A stretch of 64,000 bases of DNA. Origin: Lama glama. Taxonomy: Eukaryota. The position numbers were made by a program, and so were the translations under genes. The stretch lies in assembly GCA_028534125.1 (NCBI GenBank), contig CM052816.1, positions 6,388,001 through 6,452,000 of the forward strand. Direction: 5' to 3'. Below are positions 50,401 to 61,871 of the stretch, one piece after another. Numbering within the stretch: position 1 is the stretch's first letter; each line of letters begins with the position of its first letter. The notes beneath the pieces were generated by a model. The model saw only the letters and a list, made by a program, of their open reading frames with translations, did no database searches and was not told where the DNA came from.

Positions 50401-51049
50401 TCTGAAGTTAGGTCACTGTAGTGAGGATTGTCTAGGAAGAGCTGTTTCGACCCAAATATAAGTCAGCAGTGAGAAACTGATTAGGTTAGAGGTGTGTACC
50501 ATCGCTCTCAGGAGCCTTTACTGACAACCGGATGTAATACCATCATTAATCAATTTAAAGAAGGGACGCGTTACCCGGAAGAAGTCAGCTACAAAAGCGA
50601 AGGAAGATGGTGCCCCAAGAGCCAAGAGTAAGCAGCACCCGCCCGGGAAAGGATGGGAGCTGCCAGTTCCCACGGCAGGCTTGTTCGTAATGAGGAAGCC
50701 GGCTGTGAAAGGCTCTGCCAAACTAGGCCATCACGCAGATGAAACCAAGTAAGCGGATGCCTTTCTCTGGGATGCGCTATCCAAGAGAAATTTTGGCTTT
50801 TTTGGTTTCTTATGTAGCTTTCGATATAGAGAGAAGGTGATGCTAGAAAAGCTGTATAGATTTTCTAGATCATGCGTCATTTTATCCATTTACGATGAGG
50901 CATTCTGGAGTCTTTATCTGTTTCTATGATCTTGATTAATGATGATACTCCTGCAAGCTGGGTCTACACTTTGTTTAACAACAAAAATAAGGTTTCTAAA
51001 CTTGCAGACCTGCATCTTCTTTGGACTGATGGACTGGCCTTCCTTTAAA

Positions 51050-51277
51050 GCACTATTTGTCAACATTTTCTTCAGTATCACTCCTTTAAGGAGTCTTTTA
51101 CACTAATTTGGGAATTTTTTTCTTTTTTTTAACCAAATTGCTGCCCAGTGAAATTTTAATATCACAGAAATATTGTGCATCTATTTATATACTATATATC
51201 TCTGCGTGTTAACCATACAGAGTAAAATACTTTGCTCCTCCGTCCAAGATGTCAATGTTGCCTCAGTTGAGATATTC
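51050..51277. mobile_element. hAT-Charlie family MITE
   Basis: 'tcaacattttcttcagtatcactcctttaaggagtcttttta...tgaaattttaatatcacaga...gttgaga'; exact subfamily uncertain. Confidence 0.6.
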
Positions 51278-52129
51278 CAAACCTGCTCTCTAGCTTGCAG
51301 TTAAATTTCAGTGTTATCCAACAGATTTTTCAAACTTTCCAGCATGTTTTCATTTATATGCACAATTATTTTAAGGGGTATTTTTAGAATGATGCTGTAA
51401 AAACAATTAGGAAATGATATTCATTTTCTTTGCTCAGAATAAACTGTTTCCTATACTTACAAATGTGAACTTGAACATACTGACTTGCTTTTGAGCCTAA
51501 TCAACTGATCTGATCTAAGCTTGGCTGCAGTCTCCTGCTGAAAGTCACTGACAAAACGAGAAGCACCAGTTATGTCCTGTCGCTGGTGCTCTCGCTTACT
51601 GAGAACTGCACGGAAGTCTTCCTGGATTTCCTGACTTCACTTTGACATCACTCATATTTATTAAAACTCTCCGTATCCATTTTTTCCCCCCTGGGACAAG
51701 GGTCTACTGACTTCATCTTTGTCACCAAATGCAATATGGCTGGCTCCTTTCTCTGCATTTTTGTATCTGTTCCTCTTCTTGCCTGGGATGTTATCCCCCT
51801 TTCTATCCATCCAAATACAAGACACATTTCTTTCATAAAGTGTTTCCAGCCCACAGTAACCTTCCCTCCTCCAGCAGCATGTCCTGTCTCTGGTACTCAT
51901 TTGCTAAGTATTCATGCATTCCTGATCAGCCTAGAATAGGACCCACAAACACACTGCACATAAGTGAGGCTGGAGATCCCTTCCACTCCGGTACCTATGA
52001 GAGACATCAGTAGTCAGTCACCCAATCCTACTGAACAATAAACAAGCTCAAGAGACAGACTGCGCTCTGGAGTGACTGTTTCTTTGGTAAACGAATAGAT
52101 GAATGCATCTGCCTAATATGGATGGTTCC

Positions 52130-52335
52130 ATGAACACTGCAGCCCACATCTTGGAGCCCAGAGGAAGCCTAAATAGGAAAGGCCAGAGAAAAATCAAGAC
52201 AGAGGTGGGAGATAAATCTGTCACGTCTGGCTCACATTTGAGCCCTGAACATCTGTGGATTTCAATTTTTTTTAAAGTGGTGAATAATTTATTCTAGGAC
52301 TAAAGCCTTAAGTTTTCCTACATTTGAAATCTTGG
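52130..52335 (+). mobile_element. MaLR LTR (MLT1-like) fragment
   Basis: 'cacatcttggagcccagaggaagcc...ttgagccctgaaca...tggatttcaa'. Confidence 0.45.
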
Positions 52336-53299
52336 AATAATTATTTCTTATAGGTCCCTTGGGCATGGAAATATTTGCCAAGAGAAAAGAAGACTCATGT
52401 GGACCCCAGTAGCTGCTTTGATGTGTGTGAAAAATGCTGAGTTTTCAGCTCAGGGTAAAGAAGACATTTCCTACAGTAAATGCTGATCAAGGTCAGAGCA
52501 CACTTCCTTTGGAGACGCTTCCTCTGTCACTAGAGGTGTTGAAGAATATACTTGACAGCACAGAAAGGAATCATTAGAAGGCATTCAAACTTCAAAAGAA
52601 GGCAGGGGGAGACTGAGTCACCACTAAGTTCTCCAGCCCCATGAGACTGCAATTCAGATGGTTCATTCCAGGGCTGCCTGGAGGATGCACTGAGAGTGTG
52701 ATGTGCAAACAGTCCAGGCTATTCTCTGAAGTGTCTGGTTCCTTTACCTTCATGAGGACACAAGCTGTACCCTCAAACCTTGCCACTTCCTGTGCTCAGT
52801 GACAATCAAAGAAAGCGATCGTTACACTGGAGAAAAATAGAAAAAAAAAGCCTTTTGAAATTACTGCTATTATTGCCGCTGCAAAGAAAAGCGTTTGTTC
52901 ATTTCCACCCCTGTCCTGCTCAAAAACATTACTAAGATGTTTTTCCCAGGTGTGGGGTAGCTGTTTTGATTACAAGCTGTTTGAATATTACATTTCCTCC
53001 CAGACAGCTACTTTCTGCTGTAGGCAAATTGAGCTGTTTTCATATAAATACAGCCGTTGCTTCGGCAATGTTTTAATTACTAACTCTAACGGGTACTTGA
53101 CTGTTCTTTTTCCCCCCACATCAAAATCCTCTGAATGACCTCCCTACTTCAGATAGACCCAGAGGAAGATCACTGAACCCAAGTGAAGTATTTCCCCAAA
53201 TCCCTCTATTACAATACTTACGATCATATACGTTTCACATGAACATCTTCTGCAAGTAGCCTCGTGCCTTTTCTCAGTGGAGAAAGTTTCATAAAAAGT

Positions 53300-53690
53300 A
53301 AGTAATACCTGCTAGGTGCTAATGACAGAACACTTTCTATGAATTATTTAATGTTATCCTTGCAACTGATGAAAAGGCATTACTATCTTCATTAATTAAA
53401 TGAGAAGAGACGGAGGCTCTGAAATGTCAAGTGACGGCCCAAGACGATGTAGCGTATAGGTAGCGTAGCTGGGAGTCAAACCTATGGCCATCTGATTCTA
53501 GAGCCTGAACTCTTCAAAACAATGATGCTTTAAGCCAAAGATCCTCAAAATGTGTTTCCCAAATCATCCTCACCAGCATCACCTGGGGACCTGTTAGCAA
53601 CACCGACTCTCAGCCCCGACACCAGACAGGCTGATTCCGAAGCTCCGCCTTCCCTGTGACCCTGCTGCACTTTGAAAACCCCTCTACTAA
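53300..53690. mobile_element. MIR (-, 53300-53525) followed by MER5A (53535-53690)
   Basis: 'aaatgagaagagacggaggctctgaaatgtcaagtgacggcccaag'; 'ccagcatcacctggggacctgttag...ctcagccccgacaccagac'. Confidence 0.75.
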
Positions 53691-54467
53691 GGAAATAATA
53701 AATATTTACTCTGCACCAAGTATGTGCTGAGCACAGTATGAATCCAAAAGAGCGGGAAAGCTTGGTTTCTGCCTGGAAGAGTTTGATATAAAAAGAAAAA
53801 AAAGATTAAAACTGTAAGAATGAGTAATATGCAGAAATGTACCTACTAAGTATTTACTAGATATTTGTTCATTAATTCAAATAGACTCAAATTATAGGCT
53901 GATGGTGTGGGTTTGGATTTTCCAGTTTTTTGTTCTCTCATAGTTTTTTTTTTTTTTTCAATTTTGGGTAATATTTTACGTTTGACAAAAGTATCACCTT
54001 CAGGCAACCTTACATCTATATTTCTAGTCTCCTGTGTATTTCTAATGTTTGGGTGGCATAAACATGTTTTAAGTTCCTTGCCCTTTATTTTGATTTTCAG
54101 CAGATTTTCCAGTAGAGGAGGACACCTCCTCAAATCTGCTGATCTCAAGAAGCCAAGCTCTGTTTCCCAATGGTGCACGGCGGTGGAGGCCAAGATGGCA
54201 AAGAGAGAGTCCACAGGTCACATCCTGTGACCCATCTCAAGGCTGGAGTGTGATTTTGGCCGTATTCCCCACATGCCCTGGCATCACTATCAACATTGTT
54301 AGCTCATCCTCTTAGAAATACCATCTTTTTAAAAAACATGGTTCGCACCTTGCAGACTACCAGTGATACATAAATCTGCTCAATTTAATCATCAGTTCTC
54401 AACAAGGGGCACACTACCCTTCATGGTAGCACTTTTTGTTGTCACGTCAGCTGACTGGTGAGGTCAC

Positions 54468-54951
54468 TGAAAGGGAGCAGAATACGTGCCCCCAAAATAC
54501 GCCACTTCGGCACGCAGTTTATTTTGAGCTGAAGGCAATCAAAACACAGCTATCGCAAGGAAAACCTCTCCCTCTCCTTTAACTACCTGAATGAGTTCAG
54601 ACGGGGCGGGGTCGGCGTGCTGGCTCAGAGGGAAAGCTGTTCCCCGAGATCACTTCTATCTGAGCGGCCTATCTGTATGGCAGGGCGAATGCCTAATTAT
54701 CAAACATCTCCCCCACTTACTGCCCTCTAAATTACACTCCTACCCTTTGAAGCCCCGGGTTCTTACCCCATTTCTTAGCTCAGGATGGCGTATGAGCCTC
54801 AGCTGCCCAGCTTGGGTCTCATATTCTCCGGGGATTCCGTACACGCATAATTAAACTGGTTCTTCTCCTGTTAATGTCTTACATCACCGTAATTAACAGA
54901 CCAACCAAAGGAACCTCAAAGGGTACAGGAAAAAAATTTTCCACTCCTACA
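54468..54951 (+). mobile_element. Solo ERV1-class LTR (MER34/MER39-like)
   Basis: TG...CA termini ('tgaaagggagcagaatacgtgcccccaaaatacgcc...ttattttgagctgaaggcaat' to 'ttttccactcctaca'); flanks tcac/tcag (3 of 4 match, possible TSD); 484 bp. Confidence 0.85.
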
Positions 54952-55337
54952 TCAGAAATATTAGAAATCCTGTAACGCATCAGATCCACACTAAGAGTAA
55001 TTGTCCTTTCCCCCCCAAAACTCTTGGATTTCCTGACAGATTCTTAGGAAGTGAGAAACTGGTTTATAATTCACTTGAGCCTAGAATTCAGCTCCATTCT
55101 ACATATGAAAAAATTGTGTTTTTGCATGGTTTTATATATATCCATGAACTTCCTAGGAATGTAACTGCAAGGTGAGCCAAGGGGAGATTTTATTTTATTG
55201 GAACTTTACCAAAATTTACTCACCACCTTGGTAAACCATGTGATCAACAACACTGCTGTCCTGAGTGTTTGGCTTGTCACTAGGACACAATTGTAGCAGT
55301 TTGCATTTGTAGCTGTGGTGGTCATTGTGATTCTAGA

Positions 55338-55361
55338 TGTGTGTATGTGTGTGTGTGTGTG
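55338..55361. repeat. (TG)n microsatellite
   Basis: Direct reading, one interruption. Confidence 0.9.
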
Positions 55362-55694
55362 TGGAAGCCCCAATTTCAAACCAGCAGCTGTAAGAAAAGC
55401 GTTGATTATCTTCAGTTAGACATTGTCTTGCTTCACTCAAATCCAAAAATATTCACATGTAGATGTGTGTTCTAGCATAGCTGTATCCAGGCACTGAGTA
55501 ATAGTTTGTTATAAATTGGTTTTCTCTTATTTTCCTTTTATATTTTATTTAGAGCATCATTTTGATTTTAAAGAAGTGTGCATCCTAGTTGGTTAAATTA
55601 TCTGTAAACTTCATATGAGGATATGCAAGGAGAACATTACAGATATTTGTTATAAAAAATGGGGCTTTGGGTCTATTAAGGTTGAAATAAGGCT

Positions 55695-55855
55695 TGGGGC
55701 ATTTCGAGGAGTTACTGTGTTTTTCCAGGCATCTCCCATGTATACAAGAGGTATACAGGTTATAAAAGTTGTTTACCTTTCTCTTGTTAATGGCTCTTAT
55801 TACAGGTGGGATCTCAGCCGAGAAGGGGAGAGGGGAAATTATTTTTCCTCCCCCA
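55695..55855 (+). mobile_element. 3' part of a second MER34-like LTR
   Basis: 'tttctcttgttaatggctcttattacagg...tctcagccgagaaggggagaggggaaattatttttcctcccc' is the typical 3' end of this LTR group. Confidence 0.7.
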
Positions 55856-56984
55856 TGGGGGTGATGGAGATGATGTGGGGTGAGAGTGGTCCACGATGAG
55901 TTGACAGAGGCAGGCAAGGGCCAAGTTCTCTTTGGCCTCATAGGTCTTGGTAAAGCATTGGGGTTTTATTTCAAGAGCAATGTGAGGCTACCAGAGTGTT
56001 TCAGGGAGAAGAAGAAATAAGATTTTAAAGGACGACTCTACCCGCAGTGAGAATGGGCCACTTGCATTCAGTAGATATTTGTTTAATAAATAAGTGCCCT
56101 AATACATGCATGAATGAATAAATCTATGAATTCAATGATGCAAAAAAAAAAAAGCCAAGGGCTCACACTTCACCCCCTCCCTCTTCTGTTTCTCTGTGAC
56201 CTCCCATTAGTCCCTTCCTGAGCCTCAGGTTCCTCACAGGAGAACAGTACACCTCGAAGATCCCCTCCAGTTCTGAAATAATTCAGTAACTCCTGCCAGC
56301 CCTGCCCTTCTGCCGAGGCTTTCAGGCTTCACGCAGCTGGAAAGAAAAGCTGCTGAATGCCTCTGCTCTGTTTATCAGCTTCAGTTTGGCATTTTGTCTG
56401 CAGCTGGGGCCCTCTCTATAAGACCACTCAGCATCTATGAGCTGACTAATTTCCATGTTGATTGCAAAGCTGGAAATGTATACACTTGTCATTCTTATTC
56501 TTGGCCCAGATGCTTTGTGCCGACAGCAGCTCTGACGATGGGGCGCTGACACCACTTGCTAGTTATTGTCTGATGTGCAATTGACACAAGTGGGTTTAGA
56601 AGGAGGCACAATCTGATAATCAGACTTCATCTGCAACGCAATCACGAGTCACATTGTGAAGAAGATGCAAGTAAGAGATGTAACTGTCTTATTTTCTACT
56701 TCCCTTACCCTAGCAAAGACTCTGTAAAGAGATACTGATGTGTGAACCAACTTTGTATTTTTTTTTTAATATAATGAGCATCTCTTGGTGCTTGAAGCTT
56801 ATATAAGTACAGCAAGTGACAGGCTATAAAGCAAAATGCTTTCAGGTATATGATCTCATTCTGCAAATGCATTGTATTAGTTATAATGTAATACGTGTTT
56901 GATAAAGATATTCAAATCATTCTGAAGCATGTCAAATTGAAAGAAAATATTTCTGAAGAACATGCCCAGCTCACCCCTTAGGCT

Positions 56985-57240
56985 GCAGTGCCTGAGGTCA
57001 GACTCTGTATAGTCCGACTGCTTGAATTCAGATCCTCTGTCTATCTCTTAGATAATTTTCTGTTGTAACTTCAGACATGTTACTTCAATTCTCTGTACCT
57101 CGGTTTTCTCATCTGTAAAATGGAAATAATAGTAGTACCTTTGTAAAAGAGTTGTGATAGAGGCTACATTATGAAGGTACAATTTAGAATAGTGCCTGGC
57201 ACGTATCAACAGCTCCATTAGTGTTAGCTATTCTTCTTAT
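56985..57240 (+). mobile_element. MIR SINE (near full length)
   Basis: 'ttacttcaattctctgtacctcggttttctcatctgtaaaatggaaataatagtagtacct...agaatagtgcctggcacgta'. Confidence 0.9.
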
Positions 57241-57269
57241 TTATTTCATTCCTCCTCCTCTCCAAAGCC

Positions 57270-57620
57270 ACCCACACCACAGGGGTGTCCTACAGCGCTC
57301 CAGCTAAATATTCATCTACTCATGAACATTTTTATCTCTGTTTTCTTTTATTAAAAATAAGACCATAAGCTGAACCAGTTTTTAAAATTTCTCTGGTTAA
57401 TTAAAAATGCATCATGGAAAAAAATGCATCATGGAGATTCTTCTCATCACCCTACAGATCTCCATCATTAATAACTGCACAGTATTACCATGAATGGGCT
57501 CGCACTTATTTAGCCATTCTTCCGTCAATGGCTATCTGGGTTGCCTCTTTGCTGTTACAAACGGTGTTGCAGTCAACTTATCTTTGCACGTTCCTAAGAG
57601 TTTCTCTACAGACAGATTCT
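57270..57620 (-). mobile_element. L1ME-like fragment
   Basis: 'aataactgcacagtattaccatgaatggg...ttatttagccattcttccgtcaatggctatctgggttg'. Confidence 0.6.
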
Positions 57621-59559
57621 GAGAACTCTGAGATTCTCTCAGTTGTATCTTTGCAAAAGCTCTAAGGGGTAACAGGCTGAGAGCTATTGTCCACAAAGGA
57701 GGTAAACTGCACAAGTTGAGGAACTGCCCTCACTCCTCACAGACAGTACCTGTAGCACACAGTGGAAATGCGACACGTACTCAGGTCTTCTAACTGCAAA
57801 CCCAGTGCTTTGTCCACTGGATGACATACAGTTGGGTAGAGCCTGGTGAAGTGTGTCTGATAGTCTCTGTACCTTGCAGAGTCTTTCATATTAAGACTCT
57901 TGGATTTACTAACTCCAGTTGCAAGTGGGCCTGACTATCAACTGACCACACGAAGCCAGTCAACCCTGCTTTTTATCCACGGCCATGGAAAGATCCCCAA
58001 TCCTTAAACAAGGATTAAGGATGTTATGAGCACTTAATAAAGGCACTGCACAGAGGATTAAAAGGAAACAAAGTTGAATCAGACACTGTGAATCTTGCCC
58101 TGATTCTTCTCACGGTCTAGCAGGTAAAAGCAATGTGCATAAGTAGTTAAAATACAAGACAGACTAATTATTCAGGGAAGTTGACAAGTAACAGCCTTTG
58201 AGGGCTGAGTGAAGGAAAGATTTGCTATTAAAAAGCACAGTGTACCCACTTTTGCCTCCACCTCCTTAAGACTCCCAATACCAAGTCACTAAAGTAATTA
58301 GGTATGATGCTAATCCGATAGCCACAGGTATCCTTTGAGACCCTAAATCCAACCAGAGAATTATCATTTACTCATGAATGGACAGCAACCTTAAACTCAG
58401 CCACAGATTCTTAGCCTCTGTCAGCCATTTGTGAATACAGGTTATAAGATTTTTAAAATGTTGAGATTAAGTGGGTAAATGAGATGGTCTCTCTCTAAGG
58501 CTGGAAATTGTTTTGTCAACTTTGTATCATATTCTGGGAATATTCATCCACGTGAATTGCATGAACATTTTCTGTGTAGTCATTGTTGCTGTTACGTATT
58601 TTCAAAAAAAGAAAAGTAATTCTGATGCCTGTCTTGCAGGTCATTGTCAAGCTGTAACAAAATCTTTTCACAGCATTTACTAGTTATTTTTCTGGGACTT
58701 TTACACCATGGTTTGAATCTACCACAGTAGTACAGATGAAATTTTATTTCCTCCTGGTGTTTGTGATTATTTAAAATTGATAATCAGGGAAATGGACGGA
58801 TGGAGTTGTCCTTGGCACACTTCTACCTAGAATGAACAGAAGGTTCTTTCTGTGGAGACAAAACCAACTAGTAAATGCTTCAGCTACCTTTGCTATAAAT
58901 CAGGGTAGTTATTAAGGGGCTGAACTTGTTGGATATCTTACTCCTAGCAATTTCAGATATGAACTTGATTACTACCATTCTTTGAAATCTTGATTTTCTA
59001 AAAGACGGATGCTGTTCACGTCCACTCAATTTTCTAGATGGAAACAATCCAGCACAGAAGACTGCTGCTTTGTATTTCTACCTCCTGCTTGATCAATAAT
59101 TAAACTATAAGAGGAATTATCACCAGTATCTTAGTTATTGACAGCTAACTCTAAAGTATTTACTGAAAGCCCTGCAAGCATCTATGAGTTGAGGAAGAAA
59201 AATAGAAAGGGTTAATCTGATTGGTTCAGTGGAAATGAATCAGAAACATGTGTCTTGCCTTTCTCAACATGGGAACATGGCTGGCAAAGTGCATTTAAGC
59301 TGTTCAGAACCCATAGCACTTGAAAAGGAGTTTGACAGACTGAAAATCTATCTGTGCTGTCCTATAAGCAATGCAAATAACTCTGAAGCACAATTTTTCC
59401 CCAATGGGACAGGAAACCTAACTGCATAACAACTTGCATTTCCACAGTTTTCCCCCCTCAACAATCCTGAAATGCTGTGAGCTGTGCATCCATTTCTCCC
59501 CTCTATGCTTACAGCAGGATGCTTCTCCATATATGTACATGGAGAGAGAGAAAGACAGA

Positions 59560-60071
59560 GAACACATATATGACATTCATTGAAGTTTAAATTTCAGATT
59601 AACAACAAATAACATTTTAGCGTAAGTATAACCCAGCCAACATCTGGAGTCACATTTATACTAAAAATAGTATTTAAAATTTTTTTTAGTATAAGTTAGT
59701 GCCATGCAATATTTGGGATATACTTATGTTAAAAGAAGTGTTGCTTATCTGTAATGAAATCAAATTTTAACCAGTCATAAAAAAAGTGTCATGGGATGTC
59801 ATTTACAGCATGGTGACTATCATAACACTGTATTGCATATTTGAAAGCTGCTAGCAGAGATCTTAAAATTTCTTGTCACACACAAGAAAAAAAATGTATA
59901 ACCATGTATGGTGACAAATATTAACTAGACTTATTGTGGTCATTTTGCAATGTATACAAACATTGAATTATTATTTTGTAGACTTTAATAGGATGATATA
60001 TGTCAATTTTACGTCAATTAAAAAAAGTGTAATTGGATAGTCTGTATTTTTTGCTAAATCGGGCAACCCCA
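59560..60071. mobile_element. MER53 palindromic hAT MITE, with internal duplication and an L1 insertion
   Basis: 'aaatttcagattaacaacaaataacattttag', 'tttagtataagt...atatttgggatatacttatg', end 'ctgtattttttgctaaatcgggcaacccc'. Confidence 0.85.
59790..60018 (+). mobile_element. L1MA-like 3' terminus with 12-bp TSD
   Basis: 'tacagcatggtgactat...actgtattgcatatttgaaagctgcta...ttaactagacttattgtgg'; identical 'taaaaaaagtgt' at 59778-59789 and 60019-60030. Confidence 0.9.
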
Positions 60072-61871
60072 GTTCTATTGCTTCCCCAAACTAGATAAAT
60101 AAGACAAAAAATAGAGTTTGTAGGTTAGAAAAGTTGGCCTTTCTTCAAAGGAGGAAAACCAGGCTAGAGAGAGCAGAAACTCCTCCCGCACCACTGCAGC
60201 TGTGTAAGGAGCACGACCGTGTCTTCTACAGACATGACCCTACCTGCGCTCTCCTGCAAGCCCCTTCCTGCTCTTAAAAACTATTATGGGACAATTAAGT
60301 ATGCCTAGAGGGAAAATGGTGCATGTATTTTATTTGGGCGACTTAATAAGAAGGTAGAACACGAGGTCCCTGCCCATCTGAATGGCAGAAGAAGAGGGCC
60401 CGCCGTCAGGAGCAACGGCAGCTCACGACGTGTGGTACTAACGGGAGCGGGGGTCCTGGAGAGAGGGCTGCAGACGGAGCGGGGCGGCAGCGGTCTCCGT
60501 GAGGCCCTTCTCCTCCGTCCTGTGTGCTGTTACATTCGCAGTTCTTAGCACTGTGCCCGACACTGGGTACTCAATATTTCTAGAATAAATAAATGCATGA
60601 ACTTTCCCATGGGTAAAATCAAAGAATGAAGACAAGTCATGTAGAATTCTAATGCATCCAACCATGTCTAAATTTCGGAAGACGTATCTCTGGGCTTAAT
60701 AGATGGAGAAGGTGTCAGAAATAGAGAGATCCAGGCACCCCCTCTCCTTCAGCCAGAGCACTTCCTTGCCCGTTTCTTTTCTGCACTGAAGTTCAAATGG
60801 GATTTCATTTAAAAATGGTTCACTGGAAAAATTAAATAGCTATAAAGACACATTTAACACTTAGAAGAAATAGCTCGGTTCTAAGGTCTTTGACTCCACC
60901 CACAGCCTAGTCTCCAGAACAAAAACGAGCCACACATCTGCCCCAAACCAGCAAGAGGTGACTGAGCACTCACAGTCTAAAGGACAGGAGAATAAAAGTA
61001 AATGTGGGGGGGAAAAAAAACAAAATAAGTTACTTACTCTCAGTAACAGTAAGTCTTGCCTGGAGTGATAATTATTGTTGAATTACAACACAGAAATGAG
61101 GAAGAAAAAAAATCATGTGCAGTCTCTCCAGCAGTTTGTCATACTGAAAATACGGCATAATTGATTCGGCAAATGCACCCAGGGAATACAAAACCGTAAT
61201 CAGTTTTTCTGTGCTGTTTATATCTATACTGACTTAGGTCTAATTGTGTTATTTATCATTACGAGGTGAAGTGTAGCGATTACAAATATACATGGTAATC
61301 AGCATGGCAGTGTTACTAGCTTCTGTGTAAGTCACATTTGGCATTTTTTTATTCAATACACAAGCCAGGCTGGGGAAATCTCCATTCTGACCATGTACAA
61401 CTGTATTCCAATTACGATGCTAAGTGTTTCAGTGACCTATGTAATCCATTAAGCGCGGTATTTCTGTCCCCACCTAGACTGCCAGGAGATCTCTACCTGT
61501 CTCTAGCTCATCGGCGCAGATGATGATGTTACTGGGGGGGTGAGGGTACTGTCAGGGTGCCCCTGAGCCATGCTCTGGTCTGAGAAATAGGCCTCCATGG
61601 CTTCCCAGGAGCACAGAAGAAACCCAAATTCTTTGAGGTCCTTAACTACATCCATCTCCTTTGGCCTTACCGTGCACCCATTACATCACAGCTACATTTG
61701 ATTACTTGCCAGTTGCTGAAAACTTGATCACCCTTTTCTTTTCTGATCCTTTATTTTTCTGAGTCCTCGGTTTTTACGTGCACATTTAAATGTCTATATA
61801 TGTAAACCATTTTCACTTCAGGCGATCCTCCTAAACACACCTGTCATTAGAAGGGTAGCTCACTTCTCCTT

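Larger units (their letters stand above)
54392..55690. mobile_element. MER20B hAT-Charlie element interrupted by an LTR
   Basis: Starts 'cagttctcaacaagggg', internal 'tgagcctagaattcagctccattctacatat...tttttgcatggtttt...ggaactttacc', ends 'ttataaaaaatggggctttgggtctattaaggttga'. Confidence 0.75.

Noticed and set aside
51557..51594. Hairpin cgagaagcaccag...ctggtgctctcg
   Set aside because: Only about a 12-bp stem with a bulge; too short for a pre-miRNA and plausible by chance.
54080..54303. Acceptor 'ttttgattttcag' followed by open frames (terminal-exon-like)
   Set aside because: Neither frame is recognisable, and there is no supporting upstream exon or nearby AATAAA.
57403..57435. Tandem duplication of aaaaatgcatcatgga
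   Set aside because: An ordinary slippage duplication inside an old L1 fragment.
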